This document shows, piece by piece, positions 27,651 to 37,440 of a stretch of DNA of 64,000 bases; position 1 is the first letter of the stretch; each line of letters opens with the position of its first letter. The notes beneath the pieces were generated by a model, which was given only the letters and a program-made list of their open reading frames with translations, did not search any database and had not been told where the DNA came from. The position numbers and the translations under genes are program-made. Source of the stretch: Candidatus Aenigmatarchaeota archaeon (GTDB lineage Archaea; Aenigmatarchaeota; Aenigmatarchaeia; CG10238-14; SpSt-28); contig JAWBMD010000001.1 of NCBI GenBank assembly GCA_039000985.1, positions 1,877-65,876 of the forward strand, written 5' to 3'.

Positions 27651-28168
27651 ATATACCATACCTACCAGGACTATATGAATTTTATTTACCATTTTTGCTC
27701 GTATTTGCAGTAGTATATGCTTTGCTTGCAAAAGCTAAAGTATTTGGTGAAGGAAAACCAGGAAAAGTAGCAAATTTAGTAATCTCATTAGCTTTTGGTT
27801 TATATATAGCAGCTAGTCCATTTTCATCAACTTTAGTAGGATTCTTAATGAGTCTATTTGGTCAAGGTATGATAATAATACTTACAATAGTTTTAGTATT
27901 AATGATATTTGCATTGTTTGCAGGTAGTATAGCATTTAAAGAGGAACCGTGGGGAGGAAAAGCATTAAAATATGTCTTAGCATTTGCAGTAGTAGTTGGT
28001 GTTTTGTTATTTTTATCCAGCGGCGGTTTAGCTATTTTTAATATCATTTTTCCCGGAGGACTTCCACCTATGGATGAGGGTATAATAGCAGGAATAATTA
28101 TGATAATAATAACCTTAGGAATAATAATCTTTCTAATGGCTGGTGAAAAAGAAGAAAAGAAAGGCTAA
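27641..28168 (+). CDS. Membrane protein, unknown function
   Basis: Four or five TM helices. Codon usage looks less AT-rich than neighbouring genes. Confidence 0.35.
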   Translation: MAFNIPYLPGLYEFYLPFLLVFAVVYALLAKAKVFGEGKPGKVANLVISLAFGLYIAASPFSSTLVGFLMSLFGQGMIIILTIVLVLMIFALFAGSIAFKEEPWGGKALKYVLAFAVVVGVLLFLSSGGLAIFNIIFPGGLPPMDEGIIAGIIMIIITLGIIIFLMAGEKEEKKG

Positions 28169-28177
28169 CTAAAGTGA

Positions 28178-28804
28178 ATGAAAATAACTTTTTTTCTTAT
28201 TCTTTTAAACATATTTGTATTTTTATTGCAGCTTTTTAATCCATTTTTGGTTGATGAGTTTTCTTTTAATAAGTTAGATTTCTTATCAGGAAAATATTAC
28301 TTACCATTAACATCAATGTTTTTGCATGCAAATATTTATCATCTTTTTTATAATATGATCGCATTGCTATTAGTAGGACCAACTATAGAAAAAGAATCTG
28401 GCAAAATATTGTTTTTTATTGTTTACTTTCTTTCCGGCTATATAGGTGCTCTTTCTCTTATTTTCTATAAAGGAAATCCATATGGAATGGGAGCATCTTC
28501 AGCTATTTCTGGTTTAATTGGTTTTGGTGCAATAAAATTTCCTGCTAAAATAATTCTTTCACCAATTGGAGTAATAATGCCACTTCCATTTATTGTAGTT
28601 GGCTCTCTTTTCATGTTAATAAATTTTCTAGGTTTATTTATTCCATCAGAAATAGGTTTTCTTTCTCATTTATTTGGATTTTTTATGGGTGCTTTAATTG
28701 CTTTGCTAATTTCAAAAAGAAAATTAATTAGAATTATAGTACTTTTTATTTTAGCAATTTTATTTTACTTTCTCTTCACTCATTTTTTGAATTTCCAATT
28801 CTAA
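28178..28804 (+). CDS. Rhomboid-family intramembrane serine protease
   Basis: GASSAISG (GxSG) and the downstream LSHLFGF catalytic His. Six TM helices. Confidence 0.7.
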   Translation: MKITFFLILLNIFVFLLQLFNPFLVDEFSFNKLDFLSGKYYLPLTSMFLHANIYHLFYNMIALLLVGPTIEKESGKILFFIVYFLSGYIGALSLIFYKGNPYGMGASSAISGLIGFGAIKFPAKIILSPIGVIMPLPFIVVGSLFMLINFLGLFIPSEIGFLSHLFGFFMGALIALLISKRKLIRIIVLFILAILFYFLFTHFLNFQF

Positions 28805-29173
28805 TGATTTTAAAATAGTGAATAGTTGATTAGCTTCAATTCTAAGCTTTTGAATGTTTTCATTAATTTCTTTATCTAAATTTTCTAAAAATTCAATAGT
28901 TTGTTTTAAGTTTTTTTCTAAAAATATGTTATGACCAACATTAACCAAAAATTTTTCTTTATCCAATATTGTTGCTTTTATTAATAGATTATCTGTAATT
29001 GGTATTAGACATTCGTTTTCCTCAATTTTTTTAAGTGCATTTATAGCATTTCTTATTACAATTAGTTTGTTTTCTCTTTCTTTAATCAAGTTTGTCAAAA
29101 TTTGAAAATTTTCTTCAATAATTTTGTAATAGTAAATTTTTTGTGCAATTTCTTCTTTTTTTGTTTCTTCCAT
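28760..29173 (-). CDS. pfdA: Prefoldin alpha subunit
   Basis: Coiled coil, beta-hairpin, coiled coil, with the LIPITDNLLIKATI...VNVGHNIFLEK core. Confidence 0.6.
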   Translation of the reverse strand: MEETKKEEIAQKIYYYKIIEENFQILTNLIKERENKLIVIRNAINALKKIEENECLIPITDNLLIKATILDKEKFLVNVGHNIFLEKNLKQTIEFLENLDKEINENIQKLRIEANQLFTILKSLELEIQKMSEEKVK

Positions 29174-29200
29174 TAATTTAATTTAAAGATAAGTAAATAT

Positions 29201-29845
29201 ATGGAAATCGAGAAATACATAGATCATACAAACGTAAATCCAAATTGTACAAAAGAAGATGTTATAAAGTTAGTAGAAGAAGCAAAAAAATATAATTTTT
29301 ATTCTGTAGTTGTTTTACCATATTATGTAAAATTTACTAAAGAGCTTTTGAAGGATACAAATATTAAAATATGTACAGTAATTAGCTTTCCTTATGGTTG
29401 CCAAACTACAAAAGCTAAAATATTAGAAATGAAAGAAGTCTTTGATTTTGTTGATGAATTTGATGTTGTAATGAATAGAACTGCATTTAAAAATAAAGAT
29501 TATGATTTTGTTCTAAAGGAATTGAAAAAAATAAAAAGGGCATCTAAAGGAAAAATTGTAAAAGTTATTATAGAAACACCAGAATTAAGTGAAGAAGAAA
29601 TAAGAGAAGCTAGTAAAATTGTTTTAAAATCTAATTGCGATTTTGTGAAAACAGCTGTTGGTTTAAAAGGACCAACTGAGTTAAGGCATGTGGAGATAAT
29701 AAAAGAGGTTGTTGGTGATAAAGTAAAAATAAAAGCATCTGGAGGAATAAGAGATTATAAAACAGCTGTTGAATTTATAAATGCGGGTGCTAGTAGAATA
29801 GGTTCCTCAAAAAGTATTGAAATAGTAAGCGGAAAAAGTGGTTAA
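29201..29845 (+). CDS. deoC: Deoxyribose-phosphate aldolase
   Basis: DeoC-family Schiff-base Lys region FVKTAVGLKG and C-terminal KASGGIRD. Confidence 0.8.
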   Translation: MEIEKYIDHTNVNPNCTKEDVIKLVEEAKKYNFYSVVVLPYYVKFTKELLKDTNIKICTVISFPYGCQTTKAKILEMKEVFDFVDEFDVVMNRTAFKNKDYDFVLKELKKIKRASKGKIVKVIIETPELSEEEIREASKIVLKSNCDFVKTAVGLKGPTELRHVEIIKEVVGDKVKIKASGGIRDYKTAVEFINAGASRIGSSKSIEIVSGKSG

Positions 29846-30608
29846 GAGAGCAGATTTACCAGAGGAAAATGAATTAGTTTTAGCAAGAATTTATGAAACA
29901 TCAAACATAGCTGCTTGGTGCTATCTTTTAGAATATCCAAAAATTAAAGGAGTAATACATATTTCAGAAGCAATAGGAAAATGGATTTATGATATAAATG
30001 AAGTTGTTAAGGTTGGTGATACTGTTGTTGCAAAAGTTATAAGAATCGATGAAAAAGATAATATTGTTAGATTAAGTTTAAAAAGGGTTTCTGAAGAAGA
30101 GAAAAAAGAGAAGATTAATGAATATAAAAGGGAAGAAACTGCTGAAAAAATATTGGAAAGAGCAGCTAAAAAGTTAGGAAAAACATTAGATGAAGCTTAT
30201 GAAGAAATAGGATTTTTTCTCCAAAAAAAGTTTGGTTATTTGTTTGTAGCATTTAATGAAATAATGCAAAAAGAAAATACATTAGATAAAATTGGAGTTA
30301 AAGATGAGTGGAAAAATGCTATATTGGAAGCATTAAAAGAAAGATATGGGGAAAGATTAGTAGAAATAAAATATGAAATAAACATGAGTTCATTTGAAGA
30401 AGATGGAGTGAAAGCAATTAATGAAATTTTGAAAAAATTGCAAAATGGAAATGTTAAAATAATTTATCTTTCAGCACCGAGATATCTTTTAAAGCTTTCA
30501 ACTAAAAATCCAAAAGAAGATGAAAGGAAATTAATAAAAAATCTAGAAGATGTTAAAAAAATTGCTTTGAGTAAAAAAGTTAATTTTGAGTTTAAAAAAT
30601 TGAAATGA
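29838..30608 (+). CDS. eif2a: Translation initiation factor aIF2 alpha subunit
   Basis: N-terminal S1 domain (LPEENELVLARI...VIHISE) plus helical and alpha-beta domains. Confidence 0.8.
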   Translation: MVKRADLPEENELVLARIYETSNIAAWCYLLEYPKIKGVIHISEAIGKWIYDINEVVKVGDTVVAKVIRIDEKDNIVRLSLKRVSEEEKKEKINEYKREETAEKILERAAKKLGKTLDEAYEEIGFFLQKKFGYLFVAFNEIMQKENTLDKIGVKDEWKNAILEALKERYGERLVEIKYEINMSSFEEDGVKAINEILKKLQNGNVKIIYLSAPRYLLKLSTKNPKEDERKLIKNLEDVKKIALSKKVNFEFKKLK

Positions 30609-31522
30609 AAAAAGTAATTGATTTAAACATAGAAAAAAATTTTGATTTGAAAAAAATAATTGATTCTTATTCAAATATAGGTGGTTTTAATGCAGCACAT
30701 TTTTATGATGGTATAAAAATTTTGGAAAAAATGATAAAAGATGAAAAATGTAAAAAAATATTGTCATTTACTGGAAATATAATTTCAACAGGAGTTAGAG
30801 GGATAATAAAAAGCTTTTTGGAGAAAAAATTTTTTGATTTAGTAATAACTACTTGTGGTTCTTTAGATCATGATATTGCAAGGAGTTTTTCAAATTATTA
30901 TTGTGGAAGTTTTTTTGTAGATGATAAAGAATTGGTTAAAAAAGGTTTTCATAGGTTGGGAAATGTTTTCATACCTTTTAAAAATTATGGAAAATTAATA
31001 GAAGAAAAGATTTCGGAATTAGTGAAAAAATTAAATGGGAAGGAATTAGCAACTTATGAATTTTGTTGGGAGTTAGGGAAATTTATAAATAAAGAATCAT
31101 CTTTTCTATTCCAATGCTATAAAAATAAAATTCCTGTTATAGTACCAGGATTTTATGATGGAGCTGTTGGTTGTCAAATTTGGCTTAATTTTCAAAGAGG
31201 TAAAAAAGTTTTTATTAATTTAATTAAAGATGAGCAATTTTTAAGTGATTTTGTTTGGAATAGTGAAAAGCTTGGTGCTTTAATAATTGGTGGTGGAATT
31301 TCAAAGCATCATACAATTTGGTGGGCTCAGTTTAAAAATGGTTTAGATTATTCTGTTTATATAACAACAGCTAGTGAATATGATGGTAGTTTAGCAGGAG
31401 CAAGAACAAGGGAAGCTATTACATGGAAAAAAATAAAGAGAAATGCTTTACATACAACTATAGAGTGTGATGTTACAATAATTTTACCAATAATTTATAG
31501 CTATTTGATACAATCGGTCTAA
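30605..31522 (+). CDS. dys: Deoxyhypusine synthase
   Basis: DHS family length and motifs (GGGISKHH). Sits in a cluster with translation factors. Confidence 0.8.
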   Translation: MKKVIDLNIEKNFDLKKIIDSYSNIGGFNAAHFYDGIKILEKMIKDEKCKKILSFTGNIISTGVRGIIKSFLEKKFFDLVITTCGSLDHDIARSFSNYYCGSFFVDDKELVKKGFHRLGNVFIPFKNYGKLIEEKISELVKKLNGKELATYEFCWELGKFINKESSFLFQCYKNKIPVIVPGFYDGAVGCQIWLNFQRGKKVFINLIKDEQFLSDFVWNSEKLGALIIGGGISKHHTIWWAQFKNGLDYSVYITTASEYDGSLAGARTREAITWKKIKRNALHTTIECDVTIILPIIYSYLIQSV

Positions 31523-31645
31523 AAGCTATTTTTTATAATTGCTATCAGAATTATATAATTACAATAGACCAGATTCAAAATCAAAAGTATAGTAGAGAAA
31601 AAATCTTTATTTAACTAATTTAAAACATTTTTATTAAATTAATTT

Positions 31646-33139
31646 GTGATTATAGAAAAATATAATGTAGTTTCTCAAAACATTTCAAATGAAGTAACTA
31701 TTGAAAAAACAAATGATTTTGTATTGCATTATAATTTAAAAACTCAAGAAATTGGAAAAGGAACTATTGGTTTATTAAATAAAGTTAAGACAAATTTGCT
31801 TGCCGAGATACCATTAAAGCATGGCGAAATCACAGATTTTCAAAAATGGGAGGAAATAAAAAATAATGTATACCAAAAAGCTATTAATGAAATAAAAAAA
31901 GAGCTTCCAACAATAGATGAAAAAACATGCAAATTTTTAGCCGGGACTTTAATTCAAGAAATGTTTGGTTTAGGTAAGCTAGAATTTTTAATAGAAGACC
32001 CAAATTTAGAAGAAATAGCTATAAATGGTTCTAAACAACCAGTTTGGGTTTATCATAAAAAATATGGATGGTTAAAAACTAATATATTTGTACCAAGCGA
32101 AATGGATATACAAAATTATGCTAACACAATAGCTAGAAGAATTGGTAGACAAATAACTTTGTTAGATCCTTTGCTAGATGCACATTTACCAACTGGTGAT
32201 AGAGTAAATTCAACTTTATTTCCAATATCATCTTTTGGAAATACTTTAACTATAAGAAAGTTTAGAAGGTCTCCATGGACTATTACAGAATTAATAAAAA
32301 ATAATACTTTTAATTCGGAAATAGCTAGTTTTATTTGGTTATCAATTCAATATGAATTAAACATGATAGTTGCTGGTGGTACCGGTAGCGGAAAAACAAC
32401 ATTGTTAAATGTTTTTGCAAATTTTATACCTCCAAATCATAGAATAGTTTCTATTGAAGACACAAGGGAGCTAAATCTTTCAGAATTTTTACATTGGGTA
32501 CCTTTAACAACAAGAGAACCAAATCCAGAAGGTCTTGGTGGTGTGGAAATGCTTGATTTAGTTATAAATAGCTTGAGAATGAGACCGGATAGAATAATAG
32601 TTGGAGAAATAAGAAGGGCTAGGGAGGCTGAAGTTTTATTTGAAGCTATGCATACTGGTCATTCTGTTTATGCTACATTGCACGCAGATACGGCAGATCA
32701 AGCAGTAAAAAGATTAATAAATCCACCAATAAATGTTCCGGAATCTGTTCTAGATGCTTTACATTTAATTGCTGTTGCTTTCAGAGATAGAAGAACTGGT
32801 AAAAGGAGATTGTTTCAAGTAGCTGAAATAATAGCTGGAGAAAAAGGAGTTAGGATTAATGTTTTTTATAAATGGAAGCCAGCTAAGGATATAATAGAAA
32901 AAGAGGGAGAGATTTATAGAATATTTGAGGAAATAAGGTCATTTACTGGAATGAGCGATGAAGAAATAAAGGATGATCTGGAAGAGAAAGAAAAAATAAT
33001 TAAATATTTTGTAAAAAATGATATAACGGATTTGAATAAAATTGGGAAAATAATTTCCATTTATTACATAGATAAAAATTTCGTTCTAAAAAATTTAGAC
33101 AAAAAAATTGATGAGATAATAAAGAAATGGGAAAGTTGA
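31646..33139 (+). CDS. Type IV pilus/archaellum-family secretion ATPase (FlaI/TadA/CpaF-like)
   Basis: Walker A VAGGTGSGKTT, Walker B and Asp/His boxes. N-terminal domain of FlaI-like length. Confidence 0.8.
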   Translation: MIIEKYNVVSQNISNEVTIEKTNDFVLHYNLKTQEIGKGTIGLLNKVKTNLLAEIPLKHGEITDFQKWEEIKNNVYQKAINEIKKELPTIDEKTCKFLAGTLIQEMFGLGKLEFLIEDPNLEEIAINGSKQPVWVYHKKYGWLKTNIFVPSEMDIQNYANTIARRIGRQITLLDPLLDAHLPTGDRVNSTLFPISSFGNTLTIRKFRRSPWTITELIKNNTFNSEIASFIWLSIQYELNMIVAGGTGSGKTTLLNVFANFIPPNHRIVSIEDTRELNLSEFLHWVPLTTREPNPEGLGGVEMLDLVINSLRMRPDRIIVGEIRRAREAEVLFEAMHTGHSVYATLHADTADQAVKRLINPPINVPESVLDALHLIAVAFRDRRTGKRRLFQVAEIIAGEKGVRINVFYKWKPAKDIIEKEGEIYRIFEEIRSFTGMSDEEIKDDLEEKEKIIKYFVKNDITDLNKIGKIISIYYIDKNFVLKNLDKKIDEIIKKWES

Positions 33140-33996
33140 GAATACCACTTTTACCTTTTCCTTTAGAAAAAGCAGTAAAGTTTTCAAAGGGTATTATGTT
33201 TTTAAGCAATTATTTAATTAAATTCTTTCCAGGATTGCAGCAATCTTTAATTCAGGCTAATATAAATTTGAAGGATAGGGAATATTTATCTGTAGCTATA
33301 TTTTCAAGTATTTTTTGGTTTTTGATTTTTTTTACAATTTTTATTTCTCTTTCAAAATCTCTACTTAATTCATTTTTGGTATCATTTGCTTTACAAATAA
33401 TTATTTTAATTTATATAGCATCATTTCCAAAATATCTTGTTTCAAAAAGAAATAGAGATATAGAAAGAAATTTGCTTTTTGCTGTTAAGCATTTGCTTAT
33501 TCAAATAAAAAGTGGAGTTTCTTTGTTCGACGCAATAGTTTCTGTTTCTAAAGGAAATTACGGAGAAGTATCAAAAGAATTTGAAAGATGTGCAAAAGAA
33601 ATTTATTCTGGTAGAGAACAAATATCAGCTTTAGAAGATATAACAATTAGAAATCCAAATATTTCTTTTAGAAGAGTAATTTGGCAATTAATAAATGCTA
33701 TGAGAACGGGTACAGATTTAGGTAGTTCATTAGAAGTTATGGTTAATAATTTATCAAATGAGCAAAGAATAGCAATAAGAAAATATGGTTCCGAGCTAGG
33801 ACCAATTGCTTTAATGTATTTAATGACATCTATTATATTTCCAACTTTGGGAATTGTTTTCATGATAATTTTTTCTTCGTTTAGCGGGATAGCAGTTCCA
33901 GAAACCCTTTTTTATATTGTGATATTTATGGTTTTAGTTTTTCAATTTACATTTCTAGGAATGATAAAAAGCAAAAGACCTTCTGTTGAAGTATGA
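33127..33996 (+). CDS. TadC/FlaJ-like pilus platform membrane protein (single T2SSF-type domain), first of two
   Basis: Polytopic membrane protein immediately downstream of the ATPase, overlapping it. Confidence 0.55.
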   Translation: MGKLRIPLLPFPLEKAVKFSKGIMFLSNYLIKFFPGLQQSLIQANINLKDREYLSVAIFSSIFWFLIFFTIFISLSKSLLNSFLVSFALQIIILIYIASFPKYLVSKRNRDIERNLLFAVKHLLIQIKSGVSLFDAIVSVSKGNYGEVSKEFERCAKEIYSGREQISALEDITIRNPNISFRRVIWQLINAMRTGTDLGSSLEVMVNNLSNEQRIAIRKYGSELGPIALMYLMTSIIFPTLGIVFMIIFSSFSGIAVPETLFYIVIFMVLVFQFTFLGMIKSKRPSVEV

Positions 33997-34991
33997 ATTA
34001 CAAAAAAATTTTTAGAAAAATAAGGGGGTTTTTCCCAGGTTTTTTAATAAAAAAGTTTGAAGAATATCATTCTTTAGCTTCAATAGAAACAGAATTTGAA
34101 AAATTTTTTGTCTATTCATTTAATTTTTCTTTAGCATTTTCGTTTTTCATTTTTGTTTTGTCAATAATATTTTTCAAAAGCTTGTTTTCGATAATTTTGA
34201 TTCCAATAGGATTTTTACTTTCAATGGTTTTAATATTAGTTAATTTAAATTTAATAGCTGATAAAAAAGCTAGATTTTCAGAAGAAGTGTTGCCAGATTT
34301 ATTATTGTTAATGGCAAGCAATATAAGAGCTGGTTTAACTCCAGATAAATCATTAGCTCTTTCAGCAAGGCCAGAATTTGGTATATTGGAAAGAGAAATA
34401 AAAAGTGTTGCAACAAAATCATTAGCTGGAAAACCTTTTGAGGAAGCTTTATTAGAATTAACTAAAAAAATAAAGTCTAGATTAATAGAAAGAACCATTA
34501 ATTTGATTATTGAGGGAGTGAAAAAAGGTGGTGAAATAGCAAAGCTTTTAGAGCAAACAGCTAATGATATAAGGGATTTAAAAACTATGAAAAGAGAAAT
34601 TTCATCACAAGTTGGTATGTATGTTATTTTTATTTTTATTGCTTCCGGAATAATTTCTCCAGCACTTTTTTCATTTTCCACCTATTTGTTAGAGACATTG
34701 CAAAAAATATCAAAAGAAGTAAGAATAGAGGGACCAACAACAGCTTCATTGCCCCAATTCAAGTTTTTAAGATTTGGTGGAGGAATTAGTATTTCTGTAG
34801 ATTTTATTAGAATTTATGCTTTATCAATAAATTTGCTAATTTCATTTTTTGGTAGTTTGATAATTGGATTAATAAGTGAAGGTAGAGAAAAAGCTGGAGT
34901 AAAATTCATCCCATCATTATTAACTTTAAATATTGCAGTATTTTTTGGAGCAAGTTATGCTGTTAATATAATTTCTAAGCTGTTTGTGTGA
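33993..34991 (+). CDS. TadC/FlaJ-like pilus platform membrane protein, second of two
   Basis: Same topology class. Overlapping start with the first TadC-like gene. Confidence 0.55.
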   Translation: MNYKKIFRKIRGFFPGFLIKKFEEYHSLASIETEFEKFFVYSFNFSLAFSFFIFVLSIIFFKSLFSIILIPIGFLLSMVLILVNLNLIADKKARFSEEVLPDLLLLMASNIRAGLTPDKSLALSARPEFGILEREIKSVATKSLAGKPFEEALLELTKKIKSRLIERTINLIIEGVKKGGEIAKLLEQTANDIRDLKTMKREISSQVGMYVIFIFIASGIISPALFSFSTYLLETLQKISKEVRIEGPTTASLPQFKFLRFGGGISISVDFIRIYALSINLLISFFGSLIIGLISEGREKAGVKFIPSLLTLNIAVFFGASYAVNIISKLFV

Positions 34992-35991
34992 ATTTTCCAA
35001 AAATTTTTATTTTATAACCACAAAACTTACAATTGTTTTTTTCATCTAAGTTCCAAGATGTTATAGAAAATCCATATCTTCCAACAACAACATTTTTACA
35101 TTCCGGACAATAAGTGCTTTCATACGGATGACCCCAAACATTTCCTATATAAACATAATTAAAGCCAAAATCCTTAGCTATTTCATAATGCTTTTCTAAT
35201 GTTTTTATTGGAGTTGGTGGTAAATCTAAAAGCTTATAATTTGGGAAAAACCTAAGGAAATGTATAGGTAAATCATTACCAAAATTATCTAACAAAAATT
35301 TAAGCATTTTTTTACAATCTTCTATATCATCACCAATTTTTGGAATAATTAAATCAGTAATTTCAACATGCAATCCTTTTAATTTTGGTAAACAATCAAA
35401 AACTGGTTGCATTGATGGAATTAAAATATTTTTTCTGACAAATTCTAAATTTCCATTACCTTTTATATCAACTGTTATGCAATCCAAAAACTTTTTAACT
35501 TCTTTTATTGTTTCATCAGTATAATAACCATTTGAAACGAAAATATTTATCAAACCTTTTTTTCTTGCAATTTTTCCAGTATCGCTTGCAAACTCTATAA
35601 AAATGGATGGCTCATTATATGTATAAGCAATTCCTTGGCAATTGTTAACAATAGCTTCATTAACTATTTCTTTTGGTAGCATATCAATTCCAGCTATTTC
35701 TCTTCTTTGGCTTATATCAAAATTTTGGCAATATTTGCAAGCCCAAGAACAACCCGTTGTACCTATTGAAAGAATTTTTGATCCAGGCATGTAATGCATA
35801 ACTGGTTTTTTTTCTATTGGGTCTATATTGCAAGCTATAACTTTACCATATACAAGCAAATAGAGATTACCATTTATATTTTTTCTTACACCACAAAATC
35901 CTATTTGATTTTTAGATAATGTGCATTTTCTTGCACATGCTTTACAAATTACCCTTCCATTAGCTTTTTCAAACAATCTAGCTTTTTTCAC
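34975..35991 (-). CDS. Radical SAM enzyme, PflA-activase-like (AmmeMemoRadiSam-type)
   Basis: GCSWACKYCQN CxxxCxxC cluster. Additional N-terminal Cys CKACARKC...FCG. Confidence 0.65.
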   Translation of the reverse strand: MKKARLFEKANGRVICKACARKCTLSKNQIGFCGVRKNINGNLYLLVYGKVIACNIDPIEKKPVMHYMPGSKILSIGTTGCSWACKYCQNFDISQRREIAGIDMLPKEIVNEAIVNNCQGIAYTYNEPSIFIEFASDTGKIARKKGLINIFVSNGYYTDETIKEVKKFLDCITVDIKGNGNLEFVRKNILIPSMQPVFDCLPKLKGLHVEITDLIIPKIGDDIEDCKKMLKFLLDNFGNDLPIHFLRFFPNYKLLDLPPTPIKTLEKHYEIAKDFGFNYVYIGNVWGHPYESTYCPECKNVVVGRYGFSITSWNLDEKNNCKFCGYKIKIFGKFTQTA

Positions 35992-36755
35992 TATTTGCTA
36001 AAAAATTTTTTGATTTTTGTAAATAAACTTTCTTTTTCTTCAAATTTTTCTCCAGCTATAAAGGAAGCTATTTTTATTATTTCTATTGCAGCTTTAGAAT
36101 TTTTATTTAACAAAATTAATGGTACTCTAGCATTTATGCTTTTTTCAACATTTTCGTCTTCAGGAATTTTACCTATTATGTTTAATCCGGTTAAAGCTCT
36201 TATTTCTTCTTCCAGCATTTCATATTTTTTTCTTTTTACTCTGTTCAGAACTAAACCTAATGGTATTACAGAATGAGCATCTAAAATTTTCAAGCATTTT
36301 ACTATATCAACTATTGAGATGAAATTTGGGTTTGATATAAAAATAGCTTCCTCGCTACATAAAATGCTAAGCATACCTTCTCTACCAAATCCTGGAGCAG
36401 AGTCAATAATTACAAAATCTCTTGTTGAAAAATTTTCTTTTATTTTTTCTTTCAATCCATCAAAATTTACATTAACCAAATCTGATATATCCAAAGATGA
36501 TGGAATGAATTCTATACCATTACCATAGCTATATATCACATTGCTTATTGGGACTTCATTTCTAAGAAAATTGTTTAATGTATATGCATAGTTATATTTT
36601 CCAAGATATAGTGAAAGATGGGATGTTGTTATGTTTAAATCAATCAAAACTACTCTTTTTTTAAAAAATAATGATAAAGCTATTGCAAGATTTGCTGTGA
36701 AAACAGTTTTTCCAACACCACCTTTGCCAGATAATACAGATATTATCCTCACCAT
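35991..36755 (-). CDS. MinD/ParA-family P-loop ATPase
   Basis: Deviant Walker A LSGKGGVGKT. 254 aa. Confidence 0.75.
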   Translation of the reverse strand: MVRIISVLSGKGGVGKTVFTANLAIALSLFFKKRVVLIDLNITTSHLSLYLGKYNYAYTLNNFLRNEVPISNVIYSYGNGIEFIPSSLDISDLVNVNFDGLKEKIKENFSTRDFVIIDSAPGFGREGMLSILCSEEAIFISNPNFISIVDIVKCLKILDAHSVIPLGLVLNRVKRKKYEMLEEEIRALTGLNIIGKIPEDENVEKSINARVPLILLNKNSKAAIEIIKIASFIAGEKFEEKESLFTKIKKFFSK

Positions 36756-37046
36756 CTATAAATTCTTTATGATTCCTTTATTTTTTAACCAAAAAAATTC
36801 TGTTGGGCTATACTTATGTATTATATCTCCTTTCTTATCTCCACCAATTTTCCATTTTTTTACTAAAATTAAATCACCCCTACTTACCCAAATTCTTTTC
36901 CTAATTCTTCCAGTTAATCTACATATTCTCACTTTTCCATCTTCACATTTAACAGAAAATCTGTCCCCACCTAAAGCTTCGTCTATTATTCCAAAAACTT
37001 CATCCTCATTTTCAGGCAATCTAACTCTTATTACTTCTTCTCCCAT
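36756..37046 (-). CDS. eif1a: Translation initiation factor aIF1A
   Basis: S1-like OB-fold pattern VKCEDGKVRICRLTGRIRKRIWVSRGDLILV. Confidence 0.8.
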   Translation of the reverse strand: MGEEVIRVRLPENEDEVFGIIDEALGGDRFSVKCEDGKVRICRLTGRIRKRIWVSRGDLILVKKWKIGGDKKGDIIHKYSPTEFFWLKNKGIIKNL

Positions 37047-37092
37047 AATAAGAAGTTCCTTAATAATTTTTTATTTTTTCCACAATTAAATT

Positions 37093-37440
37093 ATGGAGAA
37101 ATTTAAACAAGTTATTATTGTAAGAAAAGATTTAAAAACGAGTAAAGGAAAACTAGCAGTTCAATGCTGTCATGCTTGTATAGGTGCTTTAAAGCAAGTG
37201 GAAGAAAAAGTTATCGAGGAATGGGAAAAAGAAGGAGCAAAAAAAGTTATTTTAAAAGTTAAGGATTTAAATGAATTAGAAAAAATAGAAAAAGAGCTAA
37301 AGAAAAACAAAATAAATTATTTTTTGGTTATAGATGCCGGTAAAACTCAGCTAAAGAAAGGAACAATAACTTGCATAGGTATTGGTCCAATAGAAAGTAA
37401 AAAAATAGATAAAATAACAGGAAAACTAAAGCTACTTTGA
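37093..37440 (+). CDS. pth2: Peptidyl-tRNA hydrolase, archaeal type (Pth2)
   Basis: PTH2 family pattern (KQVIIVRKDL...GKLAVQCCHA...TCIGIGP). Confidence 0.85.
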   Translation: MEKFKQVIIVRKDLKTSKGKLAVQCCHACIGALKQVEEKVIEEWEKEGAKKVILKVKDLNELEKIEKELKKNKINYFLVIDAGKTQLKKGTITCIGIGPIESKKIDKITGKLKLL

